Shown one piece after another: positions 29,332-42,946 of a stretch of 64,000 nt of DNA. Below the pieces are notes generated by a model, which worked only from the letters and a program-made list of their open reading frames with translations, did no database searches and was not told the origin of the DNA. How positions within the stretch are numbered: the stretch's first letter is position 1; each line of letters begins with the position of its first letter. The DNA lies in assembly GCA_031400455.1 (NCBI GenBank), contig JANNPX010000010.1:32054-96053 (forward strand). The letters are read 5' to 3'. Made by a program: the position numbers and the translations under genes. The DNA comes from Chloroflexota bacterium (GTDB lineage: Bacteria > Chloroflexota > Dehalococcoidia > DSTF01 > JACRBR01).

Positions 29332-29406
29332 CCTCTGCGCTGGCACCGGTCGTCTGCATCGCATTGGACCTCGCGAGGTGTGGCCGGCGGGTGTACAACG
29401 TGATCC

Positions 29407-30000
29407 ATGGAAACGTCCACTCCCGAGACGCTCGAGGGAACGTACGTGCGGCTCGATCCGCTGTCGCATGCGCATCTCGACGGGATCATGCATGCCGGCG
29501 AGGATGACGCGATATGGCAGTGGCTGCCGTATCGGCCGCGCACGCGCGAAGAGTACGCGGCGTGGCTTGAGCACGCGCTCGCCGAGCAGGCTGCCGGGCG
29601 AGAAGTGCCGTTCGCGACGATCAACCGTGCGACGGGAGAAGTCGTGGGCAGCACGCGCCTCTTCTTCGTGAGCCCGCGTGACCGGCGCGTCGAGATAGGC
29701 GGCACCTGGTTGGCGCCGAGCGCGCAACGGACGCCGATCAATACGGAGAGCAAGCTGCTGCTACTGCGGCATTGCTTCGAGACGCTGGGCTGCGTGCGCG
29801 TCGAACTGAAAACGGATGCGCGGAACGAGAAGTCACAGCAGGCGATCGCGCGGATCGGCGCGAAGTACGAGGGCGTGATGCGCAAGCACATGCTGACGCG
29901 CGGCGGCTTCTATCGCGACTCGGTGTACTTCGCCATCGTCGACGACGAGTGGCCGGAGGTGCGCGCGAAGCTCGAAGTGATGCTCGGGAGTTCGCAGTAG
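29407..30000 (+). CDS. GNAT-family N-acetyltransferase (RimJ/RimL-like)
   Basis: GNAT fold motifs (VGSTRL..., RVELKTDARNEKSQQAIARIGAKYEG). Confidence 0.8.
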   Translation: METSTPETLEGTYVRLDPLSHAHLDGIMHAGEDDAIWQWLPYRPRTREEYAAWLEHALAEQAAGREVPFATINRATGEVVGSTRLFFVSPRDRRVEIGGTWLAPSAQRTPINTESKLLLLRHCFETLGCVRVELKTDARNEKSQQAIARIGAKYEGVMRKHMLTRGGFYRDSVYFAIVDDEWPEVRAKLEVMLGSSQ

Positions 30001-30026
30001 GGCCGACGCTCCTATACCCTGCGGTC

Positions 30027-30905
30027 ATGCCGAACTCTGTGACCGTGCGCGTGCCTGCGACCTCGGCGAACCTGGGGCCGGGCTTCGACAGCCTTGGGCT
30101 GGCGCTGGCGTTGTCGCAGGATGTGACGCTCTCGCTGGACCATCAGCCAGACACGAACGACGGGCTGGCGCGGCTGGTGCTGGATGCGGCGCGGTCGGCC
30201 TATCGGCTGGCGCGCGTGCCGGTGCCGGAGCTGCGTGCTGCGGGCGCGCACTCGATCCCTATCGGGCGCGGGCTGGGCGCGAGCGCGGCGGCGCGGGCGG
30301 CGGGCATCGTCGGCGCGAACGCGCTGATGGGCGGCACGCTGAGCGATGCGCAGATGCTGTTCCTGGGCGCGGGGCTGGAGGGGCACGCCGACAACATGGC
30401 GCCGGCGCTGTTCGGCGGGCTGCGCGTCGTCGTGCGTGACGGCGACGTGTTCCGGCACGTGGCGGCGCCGCTGGCACCCGGGCTGAAGGTCGTGCTGTTC
30501 GTGCCTGACTTCGAGATGCCGACGGGCGAAAGCCGCAAGCTGCTTCCGACCGAGCTTTCGAAAGAAGATGCGGTCTTCAACATCGGCCGCGCGTCGATGT
30601 TGATCGCGGCGCTGGCGAAGGGCGAGTGGGACGCGCTGGACATCGCGACGCAGGACAAGCTGCACACGCCGGCGCGAACGAAGATCTTCTCGGGCATGCC
30701 GCGGATCTTCGCTGCGGCGAAAGAAGCGGGTGCGCTCTGCGCGTACCTGAGCGGCGGCGGGTCGACGGTGGCGACGTTTGCGGTGGAGGGCGAGGAGCGG
30801 ATCGCGCGCGCGATGATGCAAGAGGCGATCGCACGGGGCTACCCGGGCCGCACGATGATCACCGAACCGAGCGAACACGGTGCGACCATCGTTTCGAGCA
30901 GTTAG
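30027..30905 (+). CDS. thrB: homoserine kinase
   Basis: ORF 29772..30905, with an internal Met at 30027. GHMP kinase motifs (VRVPATSANLGPGFDSLGLAL, PIGRGLGASAAA). Confidence 0.85.
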   Translation: MPNSVTVRVPATSANLGPGFDSLGLALALSQDVTLSLDHQPDTNDGLARLVLDAARSAYRLARVPVPELRAAGAHSIPIGRGLGASAAARAAGIVGANALMGGTLSDAQMLFLGAGLEGHADNMAPALFGGLRVVVRDGDVFRHVAAPLAPGLKVVLFVPDFEMPTGESRKLLPTELSKEDAVFNIGRASMLIAALAKGEWDALDIATQDKLHTPARTKIFSGMPRIFAAAKEAGALCAYLSGGGSTVATFAVEGEERIARAMMQEAIARGYPGRTMITEPSEHGATIVSSS

Positions 30906-31047
30906 CGGCGTAGCAGCCGATTCGTCTTGGCCAGTCCAGGCTGTTCAGCCCCGATACCGACCCACGTCCGGCTTCACGTCTCAAGTCAGTATGGGGCGGG
31001 CGCGCGCCGGCGGGGTTTCACCCACGTTACGATCCTGTTATGGGACG

Positions 31048-32082
31048 TCAGGCGGCGTCGAGCTCGCGCACGCAGTTCCGGCCGGCTTCTTTCGCGAGGT
31101 ACAGCGCCGTGTCGGCGGCTTCGATCAACCCGTCTTGATGCGCCGCGTCCTCCGGGAACAGGGCCAACCCGATGCTCACGCTTGCGCCGCAGGTGTGCGC
31201 GATCGTGCGCAGTCGCTCTGCGAGGATCTGTGCGTTTTCACGAGTCGAGTGCGGCGCCACGACGATGAACTCATCCCCGCCATAGCGCGCCACGAGATCG
31301 CCGCTGCGAACGACGGACTGCAGGGCCTGTGCGACATCGCGGAGCTTGTCGTCGCCGGCCGGGTGGCCGAACTTGTCGTTGATGTCTTTGAACTTGTCGA
31401 AGTCGATGAGCATCAGCGCGAGCGGCGTATTCTGTGCGATCGCTTCCTCGATGCTCTGCGGGTAGGACTCGTGGAAGCGGCGTCGGTTCGGCAGGCCGGT
31501 CAGTGAGTCGGTGACGGCGACCGAGGCGATGAGGTCACGCAGGCGTTGCTCGCCGCCGGCGAGGATCATCGCATTTATGCCCATCAGCTGCAGCCCGATC
31601 GTGACCACGACAACATACGACCACGAGACGCTGTGCCCGAGCGCACTGGTGATTCCGGCGAACGCAAGGTAGTTGATCGTCACCCACACTGCTTGCCAGG
31701 TCATCTCGCGGCGTGTGCTCAGGTGCGCCGCGCTTACCAGCCCGACGAAGTAGATCATGAATACGGGATTGCGAACGTCGTGCAGGGCGACCATCGCCAC
31801 CGTCGTTGTGACGATATCCAGGTGGCGCACGACGGCGTTGATCCGCGCACTCTCACGGCCGGTCCGGGTGATCTGGATCTCGACGAGCAGAAGGAAGGCG
31901 TCGTACGTGGCAATGATGCCGGCGCTGACGATCAGCGCCTGCGTGCTGACGTCGAGGATGCCCAGTCGTGCGAGACCCACCCATAGCGACAGCAACAGCA
32001 GCCGGAACGCGACGAGGCTCCGCCGGAACAGAGGGTCGGCAATCGACATCTTGGAGACAGTTGGCGCCTGTTCGATGACCAA
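31048..32082 (-). CDS. membrane-associated diguanylate cyclase (GGDEF)
   Basis: N-terminal multi-TM sensor region. C-terminal GGDEF domain with RYGGDEF. Confidence 0.8.
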   Translation of the reverse strand: MVIEQAPTVSKMSIADPLFRRSLVAFRLLLLSLWVGLARLGILDVSTQALIVSAGIIATYDAFLLLVEIQITRTGRESARINAVVRHLDIVTTTVAMVALHDVRNPVFMIYFVGLVSAAHLSTRREMTWQAVWVTINYLAFAGITSALGHSVSWSYVVVVTIGLQLMGINAMILAGGEQRLRDLIASVAVTDSLTGLPNRRRFHESYPQSIEEAIAQNTPLALMLIDFDKFKDINDKFGHPAGDDKLRDVAQALQSVVRSGDLVARYGGDEFIVVAPHSTRENAQILAERLRTIAHTCGASVSIGLALFPEDAAHQDGLIEAADTALYLAKEAGRNCVRELDAA

Positions 32083-32256
32083 ATGGATCTCTTTCGCACG
32101 GGATGCGTTAGGTATGTATCGGCAACGGGCGTGTCCGGCTTCACGGCTTTGAAGGCGGATTGGGGGGGATCCAGCGCCAATATCTCACGATGGGGGACGG
32201 CCCGGCGCAGTTCCTGTCAGGTGGGATGATCGTGCCGCCGCCGGTACCCTACGGTC

Positions 32257-33348
32257 ATGGATATTGGCATTATTGGCTTCCAGCGCAGCGGCAAGACGAC
32301 TATCTTCAACGCCGTCACGAAGGGAAATGCACAAACCGGTGCGTATGGTGCCGGTGTGCAGCCCAATATCGGCGTGGTGAAGGTGCCGGACGCCCGGCTG
32401 GACGCGCTGGCGAAGATCTTCGACCCCAAGAAGTTCACCCTGGCGGACATCCGATACATCGACTTTCCGGGAGAGGCGTTCTCGGGCGGCGAGGGTCCGG
32501 GCGCGCAGTTCCTGGCGCAGTTGGCGCGGTGCGACGCGCTGATCCATGTCGCCCGGTCGTTCGAGGACGAGACGGTGCCGCATCCACAGGTCTCTATCGA
32601 TGCCGCGCGGGACATCGCCGCGATGGAGCTGGAGTTGGCGTTCGCGGACGCCGCGTTCATCGAGCGCCGGATCGAGAAGATCGAAGCATCGATGCGGTCC
32701 GTGAAGGTGGCCGAACGCGACGTTGCTGAGCGCGAGAAGGCGCTGCTGGAGCGGCTGAAGACGGGGTTGGAGGCGGAGACGCCGTTGCGAGCGCAGGCGA
32801 TCAGCGACGAAGAGGCGAAGCTGCTCGTGAACTACCAGTTTCTCACCGACAAGCCACTGCTGATCGTGCTCAACGTCGCGGACGACGACGCGGCGCGCGC
32901 GGAGGAGATCGAGGCGCAATTCGCCACGAAGTTCAGCGGCGTGCAGACGGCCCTTGCGGCGATCGCCGGAAAGATCGAGCAGGAGTTGGCGCAGATGTCG
33001 GAAGAGGACGCGGCGGAGTTCCGCAACGACCTCGGCATCAAGGAGCCGGGCCTCGACCGGATGATCCGCATGTCGTACGCGTTGACCGGGCTGCTTTCGT
33101 TCTTCACCGTCGGCGCGGACGAGTGCCGTGCATGGAACGTCAAGCGAGGCGCTACGGCGCCCGAAGCCGCAGGGAAGATCCACACCGACCTTGAGCGCGG
33201 CTTCATCCGCGCGGAGGTCATCGGCGCCGACGATCTGCTCGCGGCAGGTGGATATCCGGAGGCGAAGAAGCGCGGACAGGTGCGTCAAGAGGGGAAGACG
33301 TACTTCGTGCAGGACGGCGACTGCATCAATATTCTGTTCAATGTGTAG
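32257..33348 (+). CDS. ychF: ribosome-binding ATPase YchF (Obg-family)
   Basis: GFQRSGKTT P-loop and TGS-like C-terminus (GDCINILFNV). Confidence 0.9.
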   Translation: MDIGIIGFQRSGKTTIFNAVTKGNAQTGAYGAGVQPNIGVVKVPDARLDALAKIFDPKKFTLADIRYIDFPGEAFSGGEGPGAQFLAQLARCDALIHVARSFEDETVPHPQVSIDAARDIAAMELELAFADAAFIERRIEKIEASMRSVKVAERDVAEREKALLERLKTGLEAETPLRAQAISDEEAKLLVNYQFLTDKPLLIVLNVADDDAARAEEIEAQFATKFSGVQTALAAIAGKIEQELAQMSEEDAAEFRNDLGIKEPGLDRMIRMSYALTGLLSFFTVGADECRAWNVKRGATAPEAAGKIHTDLERGFIRAEVIGADDLLAAGGYPEAKKRGQVRQEGKTYFVQDGDCINILFNV

Positions 33349-33402
33349 GGCGGTCGCCAGTCGTCGGTCGTCAGGGAACGCGCGGGAGAGATTCGACTTG
33401 GA

Positions 33403-33422
33403 GCGCAGGCTTTCAGCCCGCG
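33403..33422. repeat. REP-like palindromic element, copy 2 (reverse orientation, imperfect)
   Basis: gcgcaggctttcagcccgcg, the reverse complement of GCGGGCTGAAAGCCTGCGC. Lies downstream of ychF. Confidence 0.5.
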
Positions 33423-33452
33423 TCACCGCGCCGATCATGAGGTCGAAATGCG

Positions 33453-33893
33453 ATGGCTGAGTTTGATGATGCGTGGCATGTGGAGTGGTACCGGCGCATG
33501 GAAGAGGGCGGTGGGAACATCATCGCGGCGATGCGAATGCGGTTGGTATCCGAAAGCGCGGAGCGCGTGGTGATGGAGATGCCGATGAGTCCCGGCGTGC
33601 GGCAGGGGACGGGCGTCTTTGCCGCCGGGGCGCTGATGCAGCTTGCGGATGTCGCGGCGACGAGCGTATGCCAGCGTGCCGCGGGCTCCACGATGGAGGA
33701 TCCGAAGCCGTTTCCGCTCTCCGTGCAGATCAGCGTCAACCTGCTGCGAAACGTCGATAAGGGCAAGGTGATCGCCGAGTCGACGATCGTGCACGGCGGG
33801 CGGACACTGACCGTCGTGGAGTCGAAGGTACGTGACGAGGCGGGGCGGCTGCTGTGCGTCGTCACGAGTACGCACGTGGCGGTGGCGCGATGA
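33453..33893 (+). CDS. PaaI-family (hotdog fold) thioesterase
   Basis: HGG...hotdog motif (IVHGGRTLTVVESKVRDEAGRLLCVVT). Confidence 0.7.
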   Translation: MAEFDDAWHVEWYRRMEEGGGNIIAAMRMRLVSESAERVVMEMPMSPGVRQGTGVFAAGALMQLADVAATSVCQRAAGSTMEDPKPFPLSVQISVNLLRNVDKGKVIAESTIVHGGRTLTVVESKVRDEAGRLLCVVTSTHVAVAR

Positions 33894-34690
33894 GCGGCGG
33901 GGAGCTGAAGTCGTTCGATCGAGTGGCGGACGTGTACGATGCAACGCGTGCGATGCCCGCTGACGTGACGAGGGCCGTCGCTGATGCGATTTCGGCGCTC
34001 GCGCATGAAGTGAGCGGTGAACCGCGGCTGATCGAAGTCGGCATCGGCACGGGCCGCATCGCGGTTCCGCTCGCGGAGCGCGGCGTGCGGGTCACGGGCA
34101 TCGACATATCGACGGCGATGCTGAGTATTCTGCTCGGCAAGCGGCGGGACATCGACGTGATGCTGGCTGAGGCGTCGCAACCGCCGTTCCGCCCCGCCAC
34201 ATTCGACGCGTCGCTGTTCGTGCACATTCTGCACCTCGTGCCCGATCCGGAGGCGACCGCGCGCGCGACGCTGGCGTTGGTGCGTCCCGGCGGCATCGCG
34301 ATGGCGGGCGGCGATGACCACCGGAATAGCATCCGCGACTCGGCGGACGGCATCATACAGAGCACGGTGCGCGAACTCTCCGGCGTCGAGATGGGCGGAT
34401 GGCAGCCGTACGCGCACGGTCAGCAGACGTTCGAGCGAGTGGCGGTCGAGCTGGGCGCCGCCGTCGAGACCGTGCGGGTGGCCGGCTGGAGCAGTTCGAC
34501 GACGGCGCGCAGGATGCTGGAGCGGCTGGAAGCGCGGGACTTCTCCTCAGCGTGGAAGATCCCGGAAGCAATCATGCCGGAGTTGCTCGCGCGCGTGCGC
34601 CCCCGCCTCGAGGAGTTGTTCGGCGGCTTCGAGACGGCGGTGAGCTTCGAGCGATCGTTCAGCATGACGGTCGCGAGAATGCGCGCCTGA
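33890..34690 (+). CDS. class I SAM-dependent methyltransferase
   Basis: ORF 33854..34690, with an internal Met at 33890 (ATGA overlap with the upstream stop). Motif I VGIGTGRIAVPLAERG. Confidence 0.7.
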   Translation: MSGGELKSFDRVADVYDATRAMPADVTRAVADAISALAHEVSGEPRLIEVGIGTGRIAVPLAERGVRVTGIDISTAMLSILLGKRRDIDVMLAEASQPPFRPATFDASLFVHILHLVPDPEATARATLALVRPGGIAMAGGDDHRNSIRDSADGIIQSTVRELSGVEMGGWQPYAHGQQTFERVAVELGAAVETVRVAGWSSSTTARRMLERLEARDFSSAWKIPEAIMPELLARVRPRLEELFGGFETAVSFERSFSMTVARMRA

Positions 34691-34715
34691 GACGAGGCGG
34701 GGTTGACCGGCCGGG

Positions 34716-34745
34716 TTGACCCGTGGAGGGTGCGGCCCCTACAAT
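34716..34745 (+). promoter_or_regulatory. candidate sigma-70 promoter for the riboswitch-mtnA transcript (-35 TTGACC, ~18-bp spacer, -10 TACAAT)
   Basis: Duplicated GGGTTGACC motif, then a TACAAT hexamer about 20 nt upstream of the riboswitch P1. Confidence 0.45.
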
Positions 34746-34766
34746 GGCGCAACAACTGAATATTGA

Positions 34767-34861
34767 CTCTTATCCAGAGTGGTGGAGGGATCGGCCCTAC
34801 GAAGCCCGGCAACCCGTGAAAGGGTGCCAAATCCGACTCGCGCGAGCGAGAGAGATGAGAG
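34767..34861 (+). ncRNA. SAM-I (S-box) riboswitch
   Basis: CTCTTATCCAGAGTGGTGGAGGGATCGGCCCTACGAAGCCCGGCAACC...GGTGCCAAATCC...GAGAGATGAGAG matches the S-box consensus, with P1 CUCUUAUC/GAUGAGAG. A downstream CTCCACC/GGCGGAG hairpin overlaps the GGAG RBS of mtnA. Confidence 0.8.
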
Positions 34862-34901
34862 AGAACACAGGCTTCTCCACCATACCGGCGGAGAATTTTC
34901 T

Positions 34902-35927
34902 TTGTCCCGAACTGCCAGCCCCCAGGTACAGCCCATCGAGTGGCGCGACGGCGTGTTGCGCATACTCGACCAGACGATGCTGCCCGCCGAGGAGCGCTAC
35001 ATAACGGCGCGCGACTATCGCGACGTGGCGAGCGCTATCCGGCGGCTGGCAGTGCGCGGCGCGCCACTGATCGGGATTGCGGCGGCGTATGGCATCGTGC
35101 TGGCAGCGCGATGCGGCGAGAGCGTGGCTGCTGCCGCCGAGGAGCTCGCGGCGACGCGGCCGACGGCGGTGAACCTGCGCTGGGCGCTCGATCGCCTGCT
35201 CGCCGCATCGGGCGGCGACGCCGCGCGTGCGGAAGCGGAGGCGGTGCGTATCCACGAGGAACAGATCGCGTCCGACGTGCGGAGCGGCGAGCTGGGCGCG
35301 GCACTGGTCGACGACGGCGCGACGATGTTGACGCACTGCAACACTGGGTCGCTGGCGACGGGCGGCATCGGAAGCGCGCTGGGCGTAGTGAAGACGGCGC
35401 ACTGGCAGGGGAAGCGGATTCGTGTGCTCGTCGACGAGACGCGGCCGCTGCTGCAGGGCGCGCGACTGACGGCGTGGGAACTGGCGCGCGAAGGCATCCC
35501 GCACGAGGTGATCGTGGACAGCGCGGCGGCTGGGCTGATCGCGCGAGGCCACGTTCAGGCTGTGGTTGTGGGTGCGGACCGTATCGCCGCGAACGGCGAT
35601 ACCGCGAACAAGGTCGGCACGTACGGCCTCGCGCTGGCCGCGCAGGCGCACGGCGTCCCGTTCTGCGTCGTCGCGCCCGCGAGCACTATCGACGCGGCGG
35701 TTGCGTCAGGGGATGCGATCGTCATCGAAGAGCGCGATGCCGAGGAGGTGACTTCGTTCGGGTCGGCACGTAGCGCGCCGAGAGGCGCCGCGGCGCGGAA
35801 CCCGGCATTCGACGTGACGCCGCAGCATCTGATCAGCGCGATCGTGACGGAGCGGGGCGTCCTGCGGCCACCGTTCGGAGCCGCGATAACCGCGGCGCTG
35901 AGTCCGGCGATGGCGGTGACACGATGA
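34902..35927 (+). CDS. mtnA: S-methyl-5-thioribose-1-phosphate isomerase MtnA
   Basis: IEWRDGVLRILDQTMLPAEERY and the eIF-2B-family core. The likely TTG start at 34902 is 9 nt after GGAG; ORF 34779..35927. Confidence 0.8.
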   Translation: MSRTASPQVQPIEWRDGVLRILDQTMLPAEERYITARDYRDVASAIRRLAVRGAPLIGIAAAYGIVLAARCGESVAAAAEELAATRPTAVNLRWALDRLLAASGGDAARAEAEAVRIHEEQIASDVRSGELGAALVDDGATMLTHCNTGSLATGGIGSALGVVKTAHWQGKRIRVLVDETRPLLQGARLTAWELAREGIPHEVIVDSAAAGLIARGHVQAVVVGADRIAANGDTANKVGTYGLALAAQAHGVPFCVVAPASTIDAAVASGDAIVIEERDAEEVTSFGSARSAPRGAAARNPAFDVTPQHLISAIVTERGVLRPPFGAAITAALSPAMAVTR

Positions 35928-36825
35928 CGCATCAGGCGACGTTCGCGGTGATCGGCGGCTCCGGGTTCTACGAGATCGAGGGGCTGACCGACGTTGAGTC
36001 GGTGACGATCGATACGCCGTTCGGCGCGCCGTCGGACAGCATCGTGCTGGGGACACTGGACGGGGTACGGATGGCGTTCTTGCCGCGACACGGCGTGGGA
36101 CACCGGCTTCTGCCGGGCGAGATTCCGCAGCGCGCAAACATCTGGGCGTTGGCGTCGCTCGGTGTGGAGTACATCGCGTCGGTGAGCGCGGTGGGCAGTC
36201 TGCGCGAGCCGATCGTGCCGCTGCATATGATGGTGCCGAACCAGATCATCGACCGGACGCGCGGCGACCGGACGTCCACGTTCTTCGGGCGCGGCATTGT
36301 CGCGCACATCGGGTTTGATCAGCCGTTCTGCTCGGTGCTTGGGTCGACGCTCTTCGCTGCGGCAAGTACGGCCGACGTGAAGACGCATCGCGACGGGACG
36401 CTGGTGGTGATCGAGGGACCGGCGTTCTCGACGCGCGCGGAATCCGGGCTGTACCGAAGCTGGGGCGCGGACATCATCGGCATGACGACGCTGCCGGAAG
36501 CGAAGCTCGCTCGCGAAGCGGGCATTTGCTACGCGATGCTGGCCTGCGTGACCGACTACGACACCTGGCGCGACGGACACGCGATGGTATCGGTCGAGAT
36601 GGTGATCGCGAACCTGACGCAGAACGTCGCCAAAGCACGGACGATCGTTGCGGCCGCCGCGCGATCGCTGCCCGAGCGGACGTGCGGCTGCGCCCGTGCG
36701 CTGACGAACGCCATCCTGACACCGATGCACCTGGTGCCGGACGAGATCAAGCGCGATCTGGCGCCGATCCTCGACCGCGCGCGCGCCGGAGCGCCGGCAG
36801 TGAGCAGCGTGGCGGGAGGCGCATC

Positions 36826-36829
<4 letters not shown>
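35924..36829 (+). CDS. mtnP: S-methyl-5'-thioadenosine phosphorylase
   Basis: PNP/MTAP family motifs (AVIGGSGFY, GMTTLPEAKLAREAGICYA). Confidence 0.85.
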
Positions 36830-39077
<2,248 letters not shown>

Positions 39078-39111
39078 CTGCGGTGTAGGGGCACGGTGCG
39101 CCGGGTCCGCA

Positions 39112-39140
39112 GCGGGCGCAACAGGTTGCGCCCCTACAAC
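39112..39140 (+). repeat. palindromic element GCGGGCGCAACAGGTTGCGCCCCTACAAC (copy A)
   Basis: GGGCGCAAC-AGG-GTTGCGCCC hairpin 3' of ahcY. A near-identical ~30-bp copy lies in inverse orientation at about 47714-47742. Confidence 0.55.
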
Positions 39141-39174
39141 GAATGACGAATCGATGGAGCGATAGGGGCCAGAC

Positions 39175-40386
<1,212 letters not shown>

Positions 40387-40414
40387 CGTTTTGGTCGTCG
40401 TTGTCGGTCGCTGA

Positions 40415-40435
40415 GCGCGGGCTGAATGCCCGCGC
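40415..40435. repeat. REP-like palindromic element, copy 3 (GCGCGGGCTGAATGCCCGCGC)
   Basis: Lies immediately 3' of metK. Confidence 0.55.
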
Positions 40436-40501
40436 TACCCAGCGACGCAGCCACAAAGTGCCAACTCGCGCCCGAGTGACGCAAATAACGCAGAGGAGCA
40501 T

Positions 40502-41452
40502 ATGACCACCAACGAGAAGTTCGGCCGCACGTCCACCGCGCTCGAAGTTGTCGCCGGGCACGACCTGCACGGCCGAGAAGCGATCGTCACCGGCGGCGCG
40601 TCGGGCATCGGTGTCGAGACGGTGCGCGCGCTTGCGGCGGCTGGCGCCCGCGTCGTTCTGGCGGCGCGCGACGAGTCGAAGGCGAACGAAGTCGCAGCGT
40701 CGCTGCGCAAGGACCATCCGGCTGCGCAGATCGAAGTTGGTCTGCTCGACCTGGCGTCGCTCTCATCCGTCCGCTCATTCGTCGAGCGATTTCTCGCGAC
40801 GCGGAGCGCGCTGCACATTCTCATCAACAACGCTGGTGTCATGGCGACGCCGCTTTCGTACACCGAGGATGGCTTCGAGCTGCAGTTCGGCACGAACCAC
40901 ATCGGCCACTTCGCGCTGACTACTGGCCTGCTGCCCTCGCTGAAGGCCGCAGGAACGGCGCGTGTGATCGCACTGTCGTCGCTGGGCCACCGCCGCTCCG
41001 ACGTCGATTTCGACGACCTCAACTTCAAAACGCGCAAGTACGAACCGTGGATCGGCTACGGCCAGTCGAAGACCGCCAACGTGCTCTTCGCCGTCGGACT
41101 GTCGATGCGCCATGCCGCCGACGGCATCACATCCCACGCCGTATCGCCCGGTGGCATCATGACCGGACTGCAGAAGCACGTGCCGCGCGCTGATCAGATC
41201 GCCATGGGCTGGATCGACGAAGAGGGCAAGGTCAACCCGCTCTTCAAGAACACCGCGCAGGGCGCCGCGACCTCCGTCTGGGGCGCCGTCTCGCACGATC
41301 TCGATGGTCTCGGCGGCAAGTACCTCGACGACTGTGCGATCGCGGGGCCGTGGTCCCAGGAGAAGCCATTCTCTGGCTACATGCCCTACGCCGTCGATCC
41401 CGATCGCGCGACGCGCCTGTGGACGGTGTCAGAGCAGCTCATCGCGCGCTGA
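40502..41452 (+). CDS. SDR-family oxidoreductase
   Basis: TGGASGIG Rossmann motif, NNAG, and catalytic S...YxxxK. Confidence 0.8.
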   Translation: MTTNEKFGRTSTALEVVAGHDLHGREAIVTGGASGIGVETVRALAAAGARVVLAARDESKANEVAASLRKDHPAAQIEVGLLDLASLSSVRSFVERFLATRSALHILINNAGVMATPLSYTEDGFELQFGTNHIGHFALTTGLLPSLKAAGTARVIALSSLGHRRSDVDFDDLNFKTRKYEPWIGYGQSKTANVLFAVGLSMRHAADGITSHAVSPGGIMTGLQKHVPRADQIAMGWIDEEGKVNPLFKNTAQGAATSVWGAVSHDLDGLGGKYLDDCAIAGPWSQEKPFSGYMPYAVDPDRATRLWTVSEQLIAR

Positions 41453-41478
41453 CCTCATCTGCGTATGTTCGGCCTGTA

Positions 41479-41504
41479 GGGGCGGACCTCTGTGTCCGCC
41501 CTTT
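41479..41504 (+). terminator. hairpin GGGGCGGAC-ctctgt-GTCCGCCC followed by TTT
   Basis: Between the convergent SDR and CoA-transferase genes. Confidence 0.45.
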
Positions 41505-41507
41505 GCG

Positions 41508-42875
41508 CTACGGCGCCCATTCCGGTGCGTGCATGCCGAGCGGTACCGTCGGCAGATCCCAGCGTGGCGGCGTCTCTGACAAGTGGAGTGCGGGCGCGAG
41601 GTGCGCTAGCCGGCCGAACGGCGTGTCCGTTTCGGTCATCAGATCATTTGGATCGCCGACGCCTGTGGAGGCGGCCGGATCGCACGTGGCGCCGAGGCGG
41701 TTGAGCCACATGGCGGTCTGGCAGAGCGATGCGCGGACGTGCCAGCTTCCGCCTTCCGTCGCACGCTTCGCCAGCGCCACCATGGCGCCGTATGCGGCGA
41801 GATAGCCGGTCGTGTAGTCGCATGCGGCGGCCGGGATGAGCTTCGGGCGTTCGGGCGAGCCATCGGTGGCGGCGATGCCGGTCACGGTCTGTGCGAGCTG
41901 CTCCCAGCCCGGCCGTTCGCGCCACGGCCCGACGTGACCGTAGCAGTTGATCGAAACGTAGATGATGCCGGGGCGCATTGCGGCGACATCATCGGGACCG
42001 AGGCCGCGGCGCTCCATCGCGCCGCTGCGATAGCCCTGTGCGAAGACATCGGCGCCGCGGATGAGACCGCGCAGCGTTTCGGCTTCCGCCGCATCGTCAA
42101 GGTTGAGGAACGCGGAACGCTTGCCGTGGCTGGTGTCGATGACGAAGGGCTCGACGCTCGGCAGGTGCGGCGACGACACGAGCAGCACGTCGGCGCCCTG
42201 CTCGGCGAGCGCGCGTCCGCACGCCGGTCCGGCGAGCACGCGGGTGAGGTCGAGTACGCGGACGCCCGCGAGCGGGCGATCGGCGTTCGGCAGTGGCTGC
42301 GGATCGGCGTCGCCGATGCGGATGATCTCGACGGCGTGCAGCGGTGCGAGCGCCTGGCCCTGCGGATGCGCGAGCCACTCGTCGCTCGTGCGCACCATTG
42401 CGCCGCAGATGCCGCGCGCCGCGAGCGCGTCTTCGAGCGCCTGCCCCTCCCAGCGCTTCACTGCAGCAGCTATGCCGTCGGCCGTGTCGCCGCACCTAAG
42501 GATCTCCAGCGTGCCTTTGCGATGCGTCGGGAAGGCGCCGTGCAGGTGGATCCAGCGGCCATCGCGGCATTCGTAGAGCGCGACCGTTGCGACGCTGGCG
42601 GCAGGGCGCGGCGTCGCATCGCCGTCGAGCCGCTGGAACGCGAATCCCAACAGCGACGCTGCTGCCGCGCGCACGTCGACGGTGACGGACTGCGGGCGGC
42701 CGCCTCGCAGTTGCCACAGGTCCGATGCTGCCGCGCCGCAAGCCGCAAGCGCGGCTGCTGCGGCTTCGCCGGCGCGGAACTTCGACGCAAATGTGGGATC
42801 GGCGCCGGTGATTTCGGCTGCTGCGCTAGCCGGGAGTTCGAGGCGGGCGGCGCGGAGGATGTCGTTCGGGTGCAT
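41508..42875 (-). CDS. CoA-transferase family III (CaiB/BaiF) protein
   Basis: VRVLDLTRVLAGPACGRALAEQGADV motif. Confidence 0.8.
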   Translation of the reverse strand: MHPNDILRAARLELPASAAAEITGADPTFASKFRAGEAAAAALAACGAAASDLWQLRGGRPQSVTVDVRAAAASLLGFAFQRLDGDATPRPAASVATVALYECRDGRWIHLHGAFPTHRKGTLEILRCGDTADGIAAAVKRWEGQALEDALAARGICGAMVRTSDEWLAHPQGQALAPLHAVEIIRIGDADPQPLPNADRPLAGVRVLDLTRVLAGPACGRALAEQGADVLLVSSPHLPSVEPFVIDTSHGKRSAFLNLDDAAEAETLRGLIRGADVFAQGYRSGAMERRGLGPDDVAAMRPGIIYVSINCYGHVGPWRERPGWEQLAQTVTGIAATDGSPERPKLIPAAACDYTTGYLAAYGAMVALAKRATEGGSWHVRASLCQTAMWLNRLGATCDPAASTGVGDPNDLMTETDTPFGRLAHLAPALHLSETPPRWDLPTVPLGMHAPEWAP

Positions 42876-42946
42876 GGACGTAGTGTACGAGCGTGGTGCG
42901 AGTTCGGGCGACTCACAGCCGGGGACGGCTGTGCCACATCACCTGG

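Noticed and set aside
39078-39174. SAM riboswitch (SAM-I/SAM-IV) upstream of metK
   Set aside because: It is only 97 nt and is dominated by a simple palindrome that recurs elsewhere. No S-box P1-P4 architecture is recognisable.
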